Positions 38,335 to 46,377 of a stretch of 64,000 bases of DNA are shown here, piece after piece. Below the pieces are notes generated by a model. The model searched no databases. It was not told the origin of the DNA and was given only the letters and a program-made list of their open reading frames with translations. Where the stretch lies: IMG/VR virus record IMGVR_UViG_3300045988_149572; one strand, given 5' to 3'. The first letter of the stretch is position 1. The number at the start of each line of letters is the position of its first letter. Source of the DNA: a virus. A program made the position numbers and the translations under genes.

Positions 38335-38931
38335 TTAAATAAAATCGTAAATGGCAATATCGCCTTGTGGGTTCTGTCTGTTCTTCTTGTTGCGCCTCCA
38401 AGCATAGGCGAACGGCATAATCTTCTCGTACCACCGTGCGTCCTCCATCATGGAGCCTACATACTGGGTAAGGTTCGGCTTGTAGTCAAACTCCACAATC
38501 TGCGCCCAGTCGCCCTTGCGGTTGCCACCGAAGAGGCGTATTATGTTGTCTTTACTCCACTCTTGGCAGAGCTCCTTGAAGTAGAAAACGTTGTGGTTTT
38601 GCTTGTCTGGGTCTTCGAGAATCAGACGGACAAAGGCAGGTTGATTGTCGCGAATTATCAGTCTGTACAACTTCACCAAGACATCAGAAGGCCCGACCTT
38701 GTGTGAGCATTCGTAGAGTCCGTGGGCAAAGTAGGGTTCGCCCTTTTTGGTGAAGCGGATGCGCAAGTCGAAGCATCGTGCGCCATCGTGCCACTGTTCC
38801 TCGATTGTCTTGCGCTGACACCGAGCAAACGGAATCATAAACCATCCATACCAATGTTCAGGTGGTAAAAACGTCATTGAATTGTGTGTGCCGATTATCG
38901 GCGTTCCTTGTTTCTGTTCCATTTTCTTCAA
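38335..38931 (-). CDS. PI-PLC X-domain-like phosphodiesterase (short form)
   Basis: IIGTHNSMTF, QWHDGARCFDLRIRF and FAHGLY parallel the bacterial PI-PLC motifs GTHDS, QL..G.R.FDIR and HHG. Confidence 0.5.
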   Translation of the reverse strand: MKKMEQKQGTPIIGTHNSMTFLPPEHWYGWFMIPFARCQRKTIEEQWHDGARCFDLRIRFTKKGEPYFAHGLYECSHKVGPSDVLVKLYRLIIRDNQPAFVRLILEDPDKQNHNVFYFKELCQEWSKDNIIRLFGGNRKGDWAQIVEFDYKPNLTQYVGSMMEDARWYEKIMPFAYAWRRNKKNRQNPQGDIAIYDFI

Positions 38932-39344
38932 TCAATTTTTAATTCAAAAAGTAATTCCTCTCGCCGAGCAACTGACGGACGCGCCTGCATTATAACCATC
39001 TCTATGTCTTCTCCTATCAAGAAATATAAGTGTTGTCGCTCTGTACCGCCATTCAGCAACAAAACTCTTCCGCCTGTCGCTTTTGCCAACTCGCACAAGA
39101 GAAGCAGATATTTCGGCTTGACGATTGCGTCGGCAATCTTAACCACGCCTGTTCGTTCAGTAAGACTGTCTCCGCCACATATTGGACATACTCCTGAAAT
39201 CTGATAATCTTTTCCAAGTCTATCAGTGTATGTACACCAGACCTTTCCAACACCTCCACACTCTTCGCAAACGGTCAAAAGGTCTCCCCAATAGGTGTAG
39301 TTTTTGCTCTTCAGTTTTTCTTGTAATTGCTCGATGTCCACCAA
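38928..39344 (-). CDS. Zn-ribbon protein with DnaN-C-terminal-like motif; possibly the 3' part of a frameshifted gene
   Basis: CEECGG...CPICGG forms a zinc ribbon. VKPKYLLLLCELAK...YFLIGEDIEMVIMQARP resembles the beta-clamp FN.kYL...vMPmr ending. No ATG: the frame is open upstream to 39411 and abuts ORF 39430-39681 in another frame. Confidence 0.45.
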   Translation of the reverse strand: MVDIEQLQEKLKSKNYTYWGDLLTVCEECGGVGKVWCTYTDRLGKDYQISGVCPICGGDSLTERTGVVKIADAIVKPKYLLLLCELAKATGGRVLLLNGGTERQHLYFLIGEDIEMVIMQARPSVARREELLFELKID

Positions 39345-39429
39345 GCAATTGCAAGTCTTAGAGGGAAAACAATGATCAATATCAATTTGCTTAGTTAGTG
39401 GCGAGTAGCCGCCGTTGTTTCCTTGCTTC

Positions 39430-39681
39430 TTAACTCATCAAAGAATATCCGTCCGTTGCGACAATACATTCGTTGTAGACAAACGGCTTCTTGAAACATT
39501 CGGGAAATCCAGGAGCTTCGCCTGCGAGCTTCGTCAACACGCTCTTAATCTCTTTTTTCATATTTCCATTCTCCTTAATACTCTTTAAAGAATTGAACCA
39601 AATCGGGGCAATTAGCCGCGATGTAAGACAATAAAATTTTGCGATTAAACTCTGATAAATTTTCAAATACATATTTAGCAA
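39430..39681 (-). CDS. small ORF ending in a beta-clamp-like ATDG motif (possible 5' part of a frameshifted gene)
   Basis: C-terminus FKKPFVYNECIVATDGYSLMS. The likely real start is ATG 39561 (MKKEIKSVL). Confidence 0.35.
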   Translation of the reverse strand: MLNMYLKIYQSLIAKFYCLTSRLIAPIWFNSLKSIKENGNMKKEIKSVLTKLAGEAPGFPECFKKPFVYNECIVATDGYSLMS

Positions 39682-39750
39682 AAACCATTTGTTCTGTTGA
39701 TGTCAGACTGCCAAACGCATCCTCTATATTTATCTCAACTTTTGCCAATA

Positions 39751-39963
39751 TCATAGATTCATTCTCCTTATCTCGTTAATTTTATTAACAACTTCGCCGA
39801 CTGAATTGTCGATTGAAAACTTGTGGATAAGCGTGCAGCCATTGGCGATGTACAACGATCCGTCAATAAGTCTGACGGACAGGCTCGCGCACACTTCTTC
39901 GTTTCTTTTCTGCGCCCTCCGCCTCTGCTGGCGGAGGAGCCACATTCTGTATTGCTTTATCAT
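39751..39963 (-). CDS. hypothetical protein
   Basis: Trimmed to ATG 39963 to avoid overlap with the upstream ORF. Confidence 0.4.
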   Translation of the reverse strand: MIKQYRMWLLRQQRRRAQKRNEEVCASLSVRLIDGSLYIANGCTLIHKFSIDNSVGEVVNKINEIRRMNL

Positions 39964-39974
39964 TGCTTTAGTTT

Positions 39975-40559
39975 TTACAAGAAAACCTTGTTGTAAAGGT
40001 CTACGAATTGTTTTCCGAATTGCGCGGCACGTATACGTGTCTTGAAACAAAGCCGAGAACCGAAATTCGCAGACGCATGCGTAGGCGTGTTACCCGTATT
40101 CGCGTACACAAACCCCGCAGCATCCTCGTCATATTCGAACCAAGGAAACCACTTGTCTTGTTCTCTATCCGAAAAATTTGGAACAAAGCCATCTTCCTTA
40201 TTCCATGCCTGTGCGATGGTGAACAGTTTGTTCAATGCGATCAACGCTTCAATGTGCTTGGGATTGATGTCACTAACGAACTTAGGAACGTGTTCAGAGA
40301 GGTTGTAACATGTATTGGGTTTTAGTCCAAGAGCTTTCATTGCTCTTTTAAAGTCTGTGATTACTTCGTCCACTTGCGGGCATTCAACCTCTTCAAGAGT
40401 GAAATCAAACGGCGACAAATGATTGTCAACGTCCCAATTTTCGTTGTGGTAGCTGAGGTATCTCATCAACTCTCTTCCAGCTTCTTCACGTGATTCGTGG
40501 ACGGCTTGCATAACAGTCTGTTCGCTTCCATCCGCGTTTTTGATAATGTACTTTCTCAT
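39975..40559 (-). CDS. hypothetical protein
   Basis: 194-aa ORF in the early operon. Confidence 0.6.
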   Translation of the reverse strand: MRKYIIKNADGSEQTVMQAVHESREEAGRELMRYLSYHNENWDVDNHLSPFDFTLEEVECPQVDEVITDFKRAMKALGLKPNTCYNLSEHVPKFVSDINPKHIEALIALNKLFTIAQAWNKEDGFVPNFSDREQDKWFPWFEYDEDAAGFVYANTGNTPTHASANFGSRLCFKTRIRAAQFGKQFVDLYNKVFL

Positions 40560-40562
40560 TGC

Positions 40563-40766
40563 TTATTGATTTAGAAATTCTAAAAGTTCTTCCGCTTGGC
40601 TGAGGGCGAAATCTGAGTCGGAGCCTTCGTCGTATTCCTTGACAGTCACCCAGCCGTACCATTTTCTCACCTGCACCGCATAAGTCGTGATGCTTGACTG
40701 CACGATCGGCAGTCGGCCGCTGTGCGTGAAGCACGCATAGATTCTCGGTCGTATTCTGTACCTCAT
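40563..40766 (-). CDS. hypothetical protein
   Basis: 67-aa ORF. ATGA overlap with the upstream gene. Confidence 0.45.
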   Translation of the reverse strand: MRYRIRPRIYACFTHSGRLPIVQSSITTYAVQVRKWYGWVTVKEYDEGSDSDFALSQAEELLEFLNQ

Positions 40767-41077
40767 TCCTCACCTCCTTTCGGTTTTTTGCGCGCTTCAG
40801 CGTCAGCGGATATAACTGCATTTATCTTGTCACGCTCTTTTGCTGCAATATGGTTGTGAGCATAGAGGCGAGCAGCCACATATATGTTGTGACCGAGTCC
40901 TTTGTCTTTGAGCATCATCAAATAGATGAGACGCGCTATAGCGTATGATGTCCCCGCAGCATGAGCCCACATCTCGTCCTCTTTATTATTTGCCAAGATT
41001 ACCACTGCTGTACGATTCTTCTTGTCTTCATTAAGCCAATATTTACTACAGTTGATGATTTTTTCTGCTTCTTTCAT
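40763..41077 (-). CDS. hypothetical protein
   Basis: 104-aa ORF. Confidence 0.5.
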   Translation of the reverse strand: MKEAEKIINCSKYWLNEDKKNRTAVVILANNKEDEMWAHAAGTSYAIARLIYLMMLKDKGLGHNIYVAARLYAHNHIAAKERDKINAVISADAEARKKPKGGEE

Positions 41078-41112
41078 TGTCTTTTAAATTTTTTATTAGA
41101 GTTAAATAAACT

Positions 41113-41331
41113 TTATTCCTCGCCTCCTTTCTTCAGTTCAGCGATTAGAGCGTCAGCGATCATGACTGCATCTTTTACTCCACGTTCGAGACCCTTGCCG
41201 TAATATTCAAGAATCGTGTGCGGTAATATATCCTTTGCTATCTCATATCTGCGCTGCTCCCAGTCTGGAGTGCGCAATGTCTTGGCGATACTCACCACCG
41301 CCTCCGCTTGTCTTTGTTCTAAAACATTCAT
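41113..41331 (-). CDS. hypothetical protein
   Basis: 72-aa ORF. Confidence 0.45.
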   Translation of the reverse strand: MNVLEQRQAEAVVSIAKTLRTPDWEQRRYEIAKDILPHTILEYYGKGLERGVKDAVMIADALIAELKKGGEE

Positions 41332-41346
41332 TGTCTTTTAGTTTTG

Positions 41347-42561
41347 TTAGATTATGTCAAAAATGTCCAGTTGTCTTGGTTCTGTCACTCGTCCGGAGGG
41401 GAAGAACAATTGCTCGAAGATATGTTCCATACAGGCGACCACAATTGAGTTGCCTGCGAGCTTGTATTGCTGGGACTCCGAGATGTACATCGGCTTCCCG
41501 TTCTTTCTGTGACCCTTGACGTAGTTTTTGATCTTGTTGTAGTCCTCATCTGAGACATCCATCAGGCGGAAACACTCGCGCGGAGTAAGTCTGCGGATGC
41601 GATATGGAAACGTGTCACCGTAGACGTTGTTAGGTCTGGCGGACGTGAGGGTTGACCCCACGGATTCGGCGAACTCGGTCTGTAGTTCTGCGACACCGCT
41701 TTTCGCTTTGTCCTGCCTATAAGGGCGCAGGTTGTTGTCCTTGTCCACCGACACTCCACAAGGCTGACGGCGAACCTCCTCCGCTACTCGGCGAACCTCC
41801 TCCGCTACTCGGCGAACCTCCTCCGCCTTCGGCTCCAAGACTGCGTTTTCCTCACCCGTGAGGAGAGTGCCGATGATGTCGCCCTTGTTGCCCTGTACTC
41901 TCCCTCGGCGAGTACGGGATGACGGCTGAGAGATGTTGACCGCACCGTACTCCTCCACCTCCGCAAAGCCTTCCCTTGTGTTGGCTTTGATGCGCAAAGG
42001 TTCAAGCAGCATATTGTCTTTCTGCACGCTTGTTATAGTGTTGGACACACCGTCTGTTCTTGGTTCCATCTGTTGCATATATTTCCTTTGTATGTTAATT
42101 CTGTGATTCTCATAATCCTTTCTCAGAAGTTTGGCTTCTTCGGTGCGCTTGGGAGTCAATACATTAGGCTCCCTTCCTCTACTCGCCACCACGAACGGCT
42201 CGGCGATAGAGACGGTCTCTCCGTGGTTGTTCATATCAACAATCGGCTTTGGCTCCAACACATATTGAGCAGTGTTGCCCCTTGTCCCCGTGCTGCAATG
42301 GATGGTGTTCGCTACCTCTTTCGTGTGGTAGTTCTCAATCTTTCCTTTCTTGTCGCGTGAGTAACTCACAATCTTAGGTTCTTCTTTCATCTCGATTATT
42401 TTAGGGATAAGCCCTCCCCCCGACGGGGTGGTGATGGCAGGAGAGACACCATCCGTTATGTACATTCTATATGCCCGATGAAGACCGCTCTCCACGGTCA
42501 TCACTCTGTCCGTCTTCTTCATTGCTTGAATCTTCACTAACGAAATACATACAATTGGCAT
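41347..42561 (-). CDS. DNA cytosine-5 methyltransferase, C-terminal part (TRD-like repeats plus motifs IX-X)
   Basis: RIRRLTPRECFRLMDV is motif IX and KLAGNSIVV is motif X. Preceded by several G[IV][AS]xT[IL]-type TRD-like units (GVSPAITTPSGGG, VANTIHCS, GVSNTITS, DIIGTLLTG, SVGSTLTS). Confidence 0.8.
   Translation of the reverse strand: MPIVCISLVKIQAMKKTDRVMTVESGLHRAYRMYITDGVSPAITTPSGGGLIPKIIEMKEEPKIVSYSRDKKGKIENYHTKEVANTIHCSTGTRGNTAQYVLEPKPIVDMNNHGETVSIAEPFVVASRGREPNVLTPKRTEEAKLLRKDYENHRINIQRKYMQQMEPRTDGVSNTITSVQKDNMLLEPLRIKANTREGFAEVEEYGAVNISQPSSRTRRGRVQGNKGDIIGTLLTGEENAVLEPKAEEVRRVAEEVRRVAEEVRRQPCGVSVDKDNNLRPYRQDKAKSGVAELQTEFAESVGSTLTSARPNNVYGDTFPYRIRRLTPRECFRLMDVSDEDYNKIKNYVKGHRKNGKPMYISESQQYKLAGNSIVVACMEHIFEQLFFPSGRVTEPRQLDIFDII
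41768..41827 (-). repeat. in-frame 21-bp tandem repeat (about 2.9 copies)
   Basis: CGGCGAACCTCCTCCGCTACT repeated on the + strand. It encodes AEEVRRV AEEVRRV AEEVRR inside the methyltransferase. Confidence 0.9.
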
Positions 42562-42968
42562 TCACCCTCGCCTTGATGGTTCCGGCTATGTCGTTGACGC
42601 ATTGGTTGTATGTGTCTATCCATAGCCCCCCCCCCCCCTATCAATTTTCGGGAGCATCCGCTGAAGCCGCTTGCCCCCTGTCGCTTGTTTCTTCATTTCT
42701 CAGTCTGTTTTGATCGTAATCTTCCACGATGACCACCCCCCCCCCTATATCCGTGGTTGCGGAGGCATCGTGCCACCCCGTTGCAGGATATGATGTCCTC
42801 GCTTCTATATCCCGTCTTCTCGATCACTATGACCTTGTCTGTTTCCATTTTCCTCGTCTGCTATAGTTACTATACTTCCGTGGTTCAGCATCACCGTCGG
42901 AGAGATTCCGTCAGTACCGATGACGATACCGCTTATCTGACTCTTCGGGTAAAGCCTTCCGACACGGT
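42562..42968 (-). pseudogene. multi-frame TRD-like segments with poly-G tracts between the two C5-MTase ORFs
   Basis: Hand translation gives TRD-like pieces in different frames (GISPTVMLNHGSIVTIADE; GVARCLRNHGYRGGGG; DIAGTIKARVNANCMYFVSED). They are separated by C10 (42736-42745) and C13 (42626-42638) runs on the + strand. Confidence 0.5.
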
Positions 42969-43790
42969 TTATTGTTCTTGGATGTAATTGTCGTCGTTCC
43001 TCATCACGCCTGCTTGGATTGTCTTCGCTATACCCCCCCCCTCGGTGTACTCAAACTTGTGGTTGGTGGTGGTTTCGGCGTTCCATTTCAGCCGCCCCAA
43101 TATCACGTCAGTCTTAAGATAGTATCTATCCTCGACACTCTCACCGTCGTGGTATGTAACAAGTACGTCACGGAGCCGTCTTTCCAACGGGAACGGCTGA
43201 GGAAAATCATACTTGATGCCGCTCGGGAACAACTGTGGGAACTTGGCGGACGCATCCTTGCGGATGCTTAACGCGAACACCCTCACACGGTTCTGCGGAA
43301 CACCGAAATCTTTAGCGTTTATCTTCTTCCAGTATGTCTTGTAGCCTTGCTCGTCAAGGTAGTCAATCCATCGCTGGAAGTCGGGCATAAACTTCTTGGA
43401 AGCCAACGCCGCCACGTTCTCGAGTAAAAGGAATGACGGACGCTTCGTCTCTATCGCCCTCCTACACTCCCATAGCAATGATGAGCGCGAACCACTGCCT
43501 TCCTGCAAGCCTCGCTGAAGTCCGGCATTGCTGATGTCCTGACAAGGGAAGCTGTAGGTGAACAAGTCGAAGTCAGACACTCGCTCCCAATCGACCTTGC
43601 TTATGTCACCGTGGTTGCATTCGGCATATTCGGGGAACACGGCATTGTGGGCGGCTATTGCGTCATTGTCAATCTCGCTCCATCCGACAAGCTGGAAATC
43701 CGCACCGCCAGCGTGGCGCCGTGCGACTCGGCGCAGAGCCATCATCTGCGAGCCGTAGCCGGCGAAAGCCTCGAACACTCTGATTCTCAT
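42969..43790 (-). CDS. DNA cytosine-5 methyltransferase, N-terminal catalytic part (motifs I-VIII)
   Basis: FEAFAGYGSQ is motif I, SFPCQDIS is motif IV, LLENV is motif VI and QNRVRVF is motif VIII. Ends in a TRD-like EGGGIAKTIQAG encoded through a G9 tract (43033-43041). Confidence 0.85.
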   Translation of the reverse strand: MRIRVFEAFAGYGSQMMALRRVARRHAGGADFQLVGWSEIDNDAIAAHNAVFPEYAECNHGDISKVDWERVSDFDLFTYSFPCQDISNAGLQRGLQEGSGSRSSLLWECRRAIETKRPSFLLLENVAALASKKFMPDFQRWIDYLDEQGYKTYWKKINAKDFGVPQNRVRVFALSIRKDASAKFPQLFPSGIKYDFPQPFPLERRLRDVLVTYHDGESVEDRYYLKTDVILGRLKWNAETTTNHKFEYTEGGGIAKTIQAGVMRNDDNYIQEQ

Positions 43791-44278
43791 ATCAATCCGT
43801 TATTTGTGCTTCCGAAGCCGCCTTTTCCGCGCTCGGTAGCTTGGTTGAACAACTCTTCCTCATCCACGACCTCGACACCCTCATAGCTCACGGGGGTAAG
43901 CACGAACTGCGCCACCTTCATTCCTGGATGAATTACTTCTACGCATCTGCCGACATTGATGAGATGTATGTATATCTCGCCTTGATAGTCCTCGTCGACA
44001 ACGCACGCTCCGACAACGAGCGTTCCTTTGGGGGCGTTTGCCTTTGGCGTCAGACCAGCGCGCCGCATAGCGTCTGTGGATGTCGCCACGCTGGAGCGGT
44101 TCATCGCAATCAGCGCGTAGCCGTGCGGCACTTCCGCCCTTATACCGCTCGGCACGAGGATGTCAGTCCCCGATGTCAGCCGAGCCGTGAAGCCTTTCGG
44201 CACGTAGAAGTCCAGCCCTGCCGAGCATTCAGTCCCTCTTGTGGGGGTCTTCACCTCCCTAATCTTCGTTATCTTCAT
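43787..44278 (-). CDS. dut: dUTP diphosphatase
   Basis: AGLD, NRSS, VVDEDYQGEI and the C-terminal RGKGGFGST are the five dUTPase motifs. Confidence 0.9.
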   Translation of the reverse strand: MKITKIREVKTPTRGTECSAGLDFYVPKGFTARLTSGTDILVPSGIRAEVPHGYALIAMNRSSVATSTDAMRRAGLTPKANAPKGTLVVGACVVDEDYQGEIYIHLINVGRCVEVIHPGMKVAQFVLTPVSYEGVEVVDEEELFNQATERGKGGFGSTNNGLI

Positions 44279-44427
44279 CTGTTTCTGACGATTTTAATTG
44301 TTCTTGGATCTATTCTGACAATTCGCCCTCCCTCGTCACGCTTGCGCAGGACAGGAAGCAACTCAAGAGCCTTGCGGCGGCTCAATCTCAAGTCAGCCTT
44401 TGAGTTCTCTATAACGTCGTAGTTCAT
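44275..44427 (-). CDS. small hypothetical protein (50 aa)
   Basis: Not in the ORF track because it is under 60 aa. MNYDVIENSK...IKIVRNR. Its TGA overlaps the dut ATG (ATGA), and it fills an otherwise empty gap. Confidence 0.35.
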   Translation of the reverse strand: MNYDVIENSKADLRLSRRKALELLPVLRKRDEGGRIVRIDPRTIKIVRNR

Positions 44428-44429
44428 AA

Positions 44430-44708
44430 TCAGTACAGTTTATTGAGTTCGTAAGCCTTTATCACTCTTCTCACATCCCTCTGCGTCATTAGGTAAATAT
44501 TAGCAATGACACTGACGGGGGTGGAAAGCATATACGCCTTGTAGACATCCTTGTGAAGAGGGAATCGGATGTCAAGCACCTCCACAATCATTTTCTGTTT
44601 GGGGGAGTAGTGAGCTATGGCGTCGCGAAAAAAATAGTCCACCGCCTCACTCTTGGCCTTGAAAGCCATTGCCTCTTCCTCCGGAGTGTAGTAGTTTTCG
44701 TTCCTCAT
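44430..44708 (-). CDS. hypothetical protein
   Basis: 92-aa ORF in the operon. Confidence 0.5.
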   Translation of the reverse strand: MRNENYYTPEEEAMAFKAKSEAVDYFFRDAIAHYSPKQKMIVEVLDIRFPLHKDVYKAYMLSTPVSVIANIYLMTQRDVRRVIKAYELNKLY

Positions 44709-45019
44709 ACCGCAGCAGTAATTTCGCCTGACGCTGAAGGTTGATTAAGCGAAGGTTGTTCTTGTCGTGGGGAATCTCCACGACCGCCCTCGCACACCGC
44801 ATCAGCAGTCTGTAGTTGTTTGTTGAGATAGTCTTCATACGCTCTTGCCTGTCCTTGCAGGTCGTTGATGGTGTGCAGGCATCGGATGATGTCGTTGAGT
44901 TCCCCTTCATCGAGATGCGCCCAGTCGTTGGCTATCGGTCTGAGAGCCGCTTCCGCCACAAGCAGCGCAGTGAGGAACCTGCTGTTCACACGTTTGTCTT
45001 TTTGAATCTGTTCTTTCAT
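44705..45019 (-). CDS. hypothetical protein
   Basis: 104-aa ORF with a 4-nt overlap downstream. Confidence 0.5.
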   Translation of the reverse strand: MKEQIQKDKRVNSRFLTALLVAEAALRPIANDWAHLDEGELNDIIRCLHTINDLQGQARAYEDYLNKQLQTADAVCEGGRGDSPRQEQPSLNQPSASGEITAAV

Positions 45020-45027
45020 TTTTTCAG

Positions 45028-46377
45028 TTAAAATGGTAGTTGTTCCCGATTTGCCGTCACCATCGTAGCCGTTGGCATATCGGCAAGGTCGGAGAATCTT
45101 GTGTATTGCTTCTCGTAGGCAGCAATGAATGATGTCGTACCCGTGTTTCTGCCTTTAGCGACGATGATCTCCGCTGTGCCGTGGGTGCTGACGTTGGCGA
45201 ACCTGTCCTTGTAGGCAAGGTTCTTACCCTCCGTCTTGTAGTACTCGGGGCGGTAGACGAATATCACGTTGTCGGCATTCGACTCAATCTCACCGGAGCC
45301 ACGCAGACGGGCGAGGGAAGGGTAGGGATTCATGCGGTCACGGCTGAGTTGGGAGAGCAGAATGATGCTCACGTCAATCTCACCGGCGAGCCGCTTCAGC
45401 GTGGCGCAGATGTCGCCTATCTCCTGCACACGGTTGTCAATCTTGCCCATAGAGATGAGCTGGAGGTAGTCGATGACAAAGAGTTTCGCCTTCTTGCGGT
45501 AGGCAAGCTGACGTATCCAGGCGCATATCTTCGCCACGCTCTGTGCCTTTCTGTTGAACCACATAGGCAGCGTTCCCGTCCTCTCCACTGCGGCGCCCAC
45601 GCGGTTGTAATCGTCCGCTCCGAGCCGCTTGTAGAGGATGTCCGAGGAAGACACCTGCGCATCGCCCGACACCATACGTGCCGCAAGCTGCATCACCGAC
45701 ATCTCCAGCGTCACCACCCCCACACCGACACCCGCGGTGGCGGCATTGAGGGCGAACGTCAACGCAAGGGAAGTCTTGCCCATAGATGTCTCGCCGGCGA
45801 TAATTGTCAGGTCTGTTGTGTGCAGTCCTCCGCGCTCGTCTATCCCTTTAAGCCCCACGGGGATTTCCGGAGCGTTGTGCATCCGTGACTGATTGTCGAA
45901 CACGTTGCGCATCACCTCGTTGCAAGCATCCTCAGCCGTCACCATCTCCGTGGTGTTCGACACAAGGCAGTTGGCAATCTCCGTGTTGAGCCGCTGGAGG
46001 GTTGTCTCCGAAGGTTCGAGCGGTTGCATAAGTAACTGCTGAGCCTCCATAATCGCGGCAAGCGTGCGCCTCCTCACAAGCAAGTCTGTCAACAGTTCGT
46101 CCGTCCCGATGGCGGAAGTCACGGGACGAGCACACTGCTCGGAGAATGCGAGGAATGCCGCCTTGTCCACCGTTATCAGCCGTGCCGTCACCGCCATCAT
46201 ATCGGCATCGCCTCCGTTGTTGCGGATGTACAGCATCGCCTCCCATATCGTGCGGTTCTCCGGAACGGTGAACACCTCGGGGTCAAGGACATCGGCAAGG
46301 CGGTAGAACTCACCGCTGTTGGTGACGCAGGCACTAAGCAGATTGGCTTCCGCTTCCGGATTGCACAGGCTGTTCAT
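45028..46377 (-). CDS. dnaB: replicative DNA helicase (DnaB family)
   Basis: N-terminal NPEAEANLLSACV, Walker A GETSMGKTSLAL, Walker B FVIDYLQL, and LSQLSR. Confidence 0.9.
   Translation of the reverse strand: MNSLCNPEAEANLLSACVTNSGEFYRLADVLDPEVFTVPENRTIWEAMLYIRNNGGDADMMAVTARLITVDKAAFLAFSEQCARPVTSAIGTDELLTDLLVRRRTLAAIMEAQQLLMQPLEPSETTLQRLNTEIANCLVSNTTEMVTAEDACNEVMRNVFDNQSRMHNAPEIPVGLKGIDERGGLHTTDLTIIAGETSMGKTSLALTFALNAATAGVGVGVVTLEMSVMQLAARMVSGDAQVSSSDILYKRLGADDYNRVGAAVERTGTLPMWFNRKAQSVAKICAWIRQLAYRKKAKLFVIDYLQLISMGKIDNRVQEIGDICATLKRLAGEIDVSIILLSQLSRDRMNPYPSLARLRGSGEIESNADNVIFVYRPEYYKTEGKNLAYKDRFANVSTHGTAEIIVAKGRNTGTTSFIAAYEKQYTRFSDLADMPTATMVTANREQLPF

Noticed and set aside
40766-41135. Repeated GAAAGGAGG(T/C)GAGGAA at the 3' ends of ORFs 40763-41077 and 41113-41331 (both proteins end in KGGEE)
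   Set aside because: One copy doubles as a Shine-Dalgarno-like sequence for the next ATG. The similarity spans only about 18 nt and is probably a translational-coupling signal or coincidence, not a mobile repeat.
45181-45888. 235-aa + strand ORF
   Set aside because: It is antisense to the DnaB helicase, which has clear Walker motifs. This is a shadow ORF.
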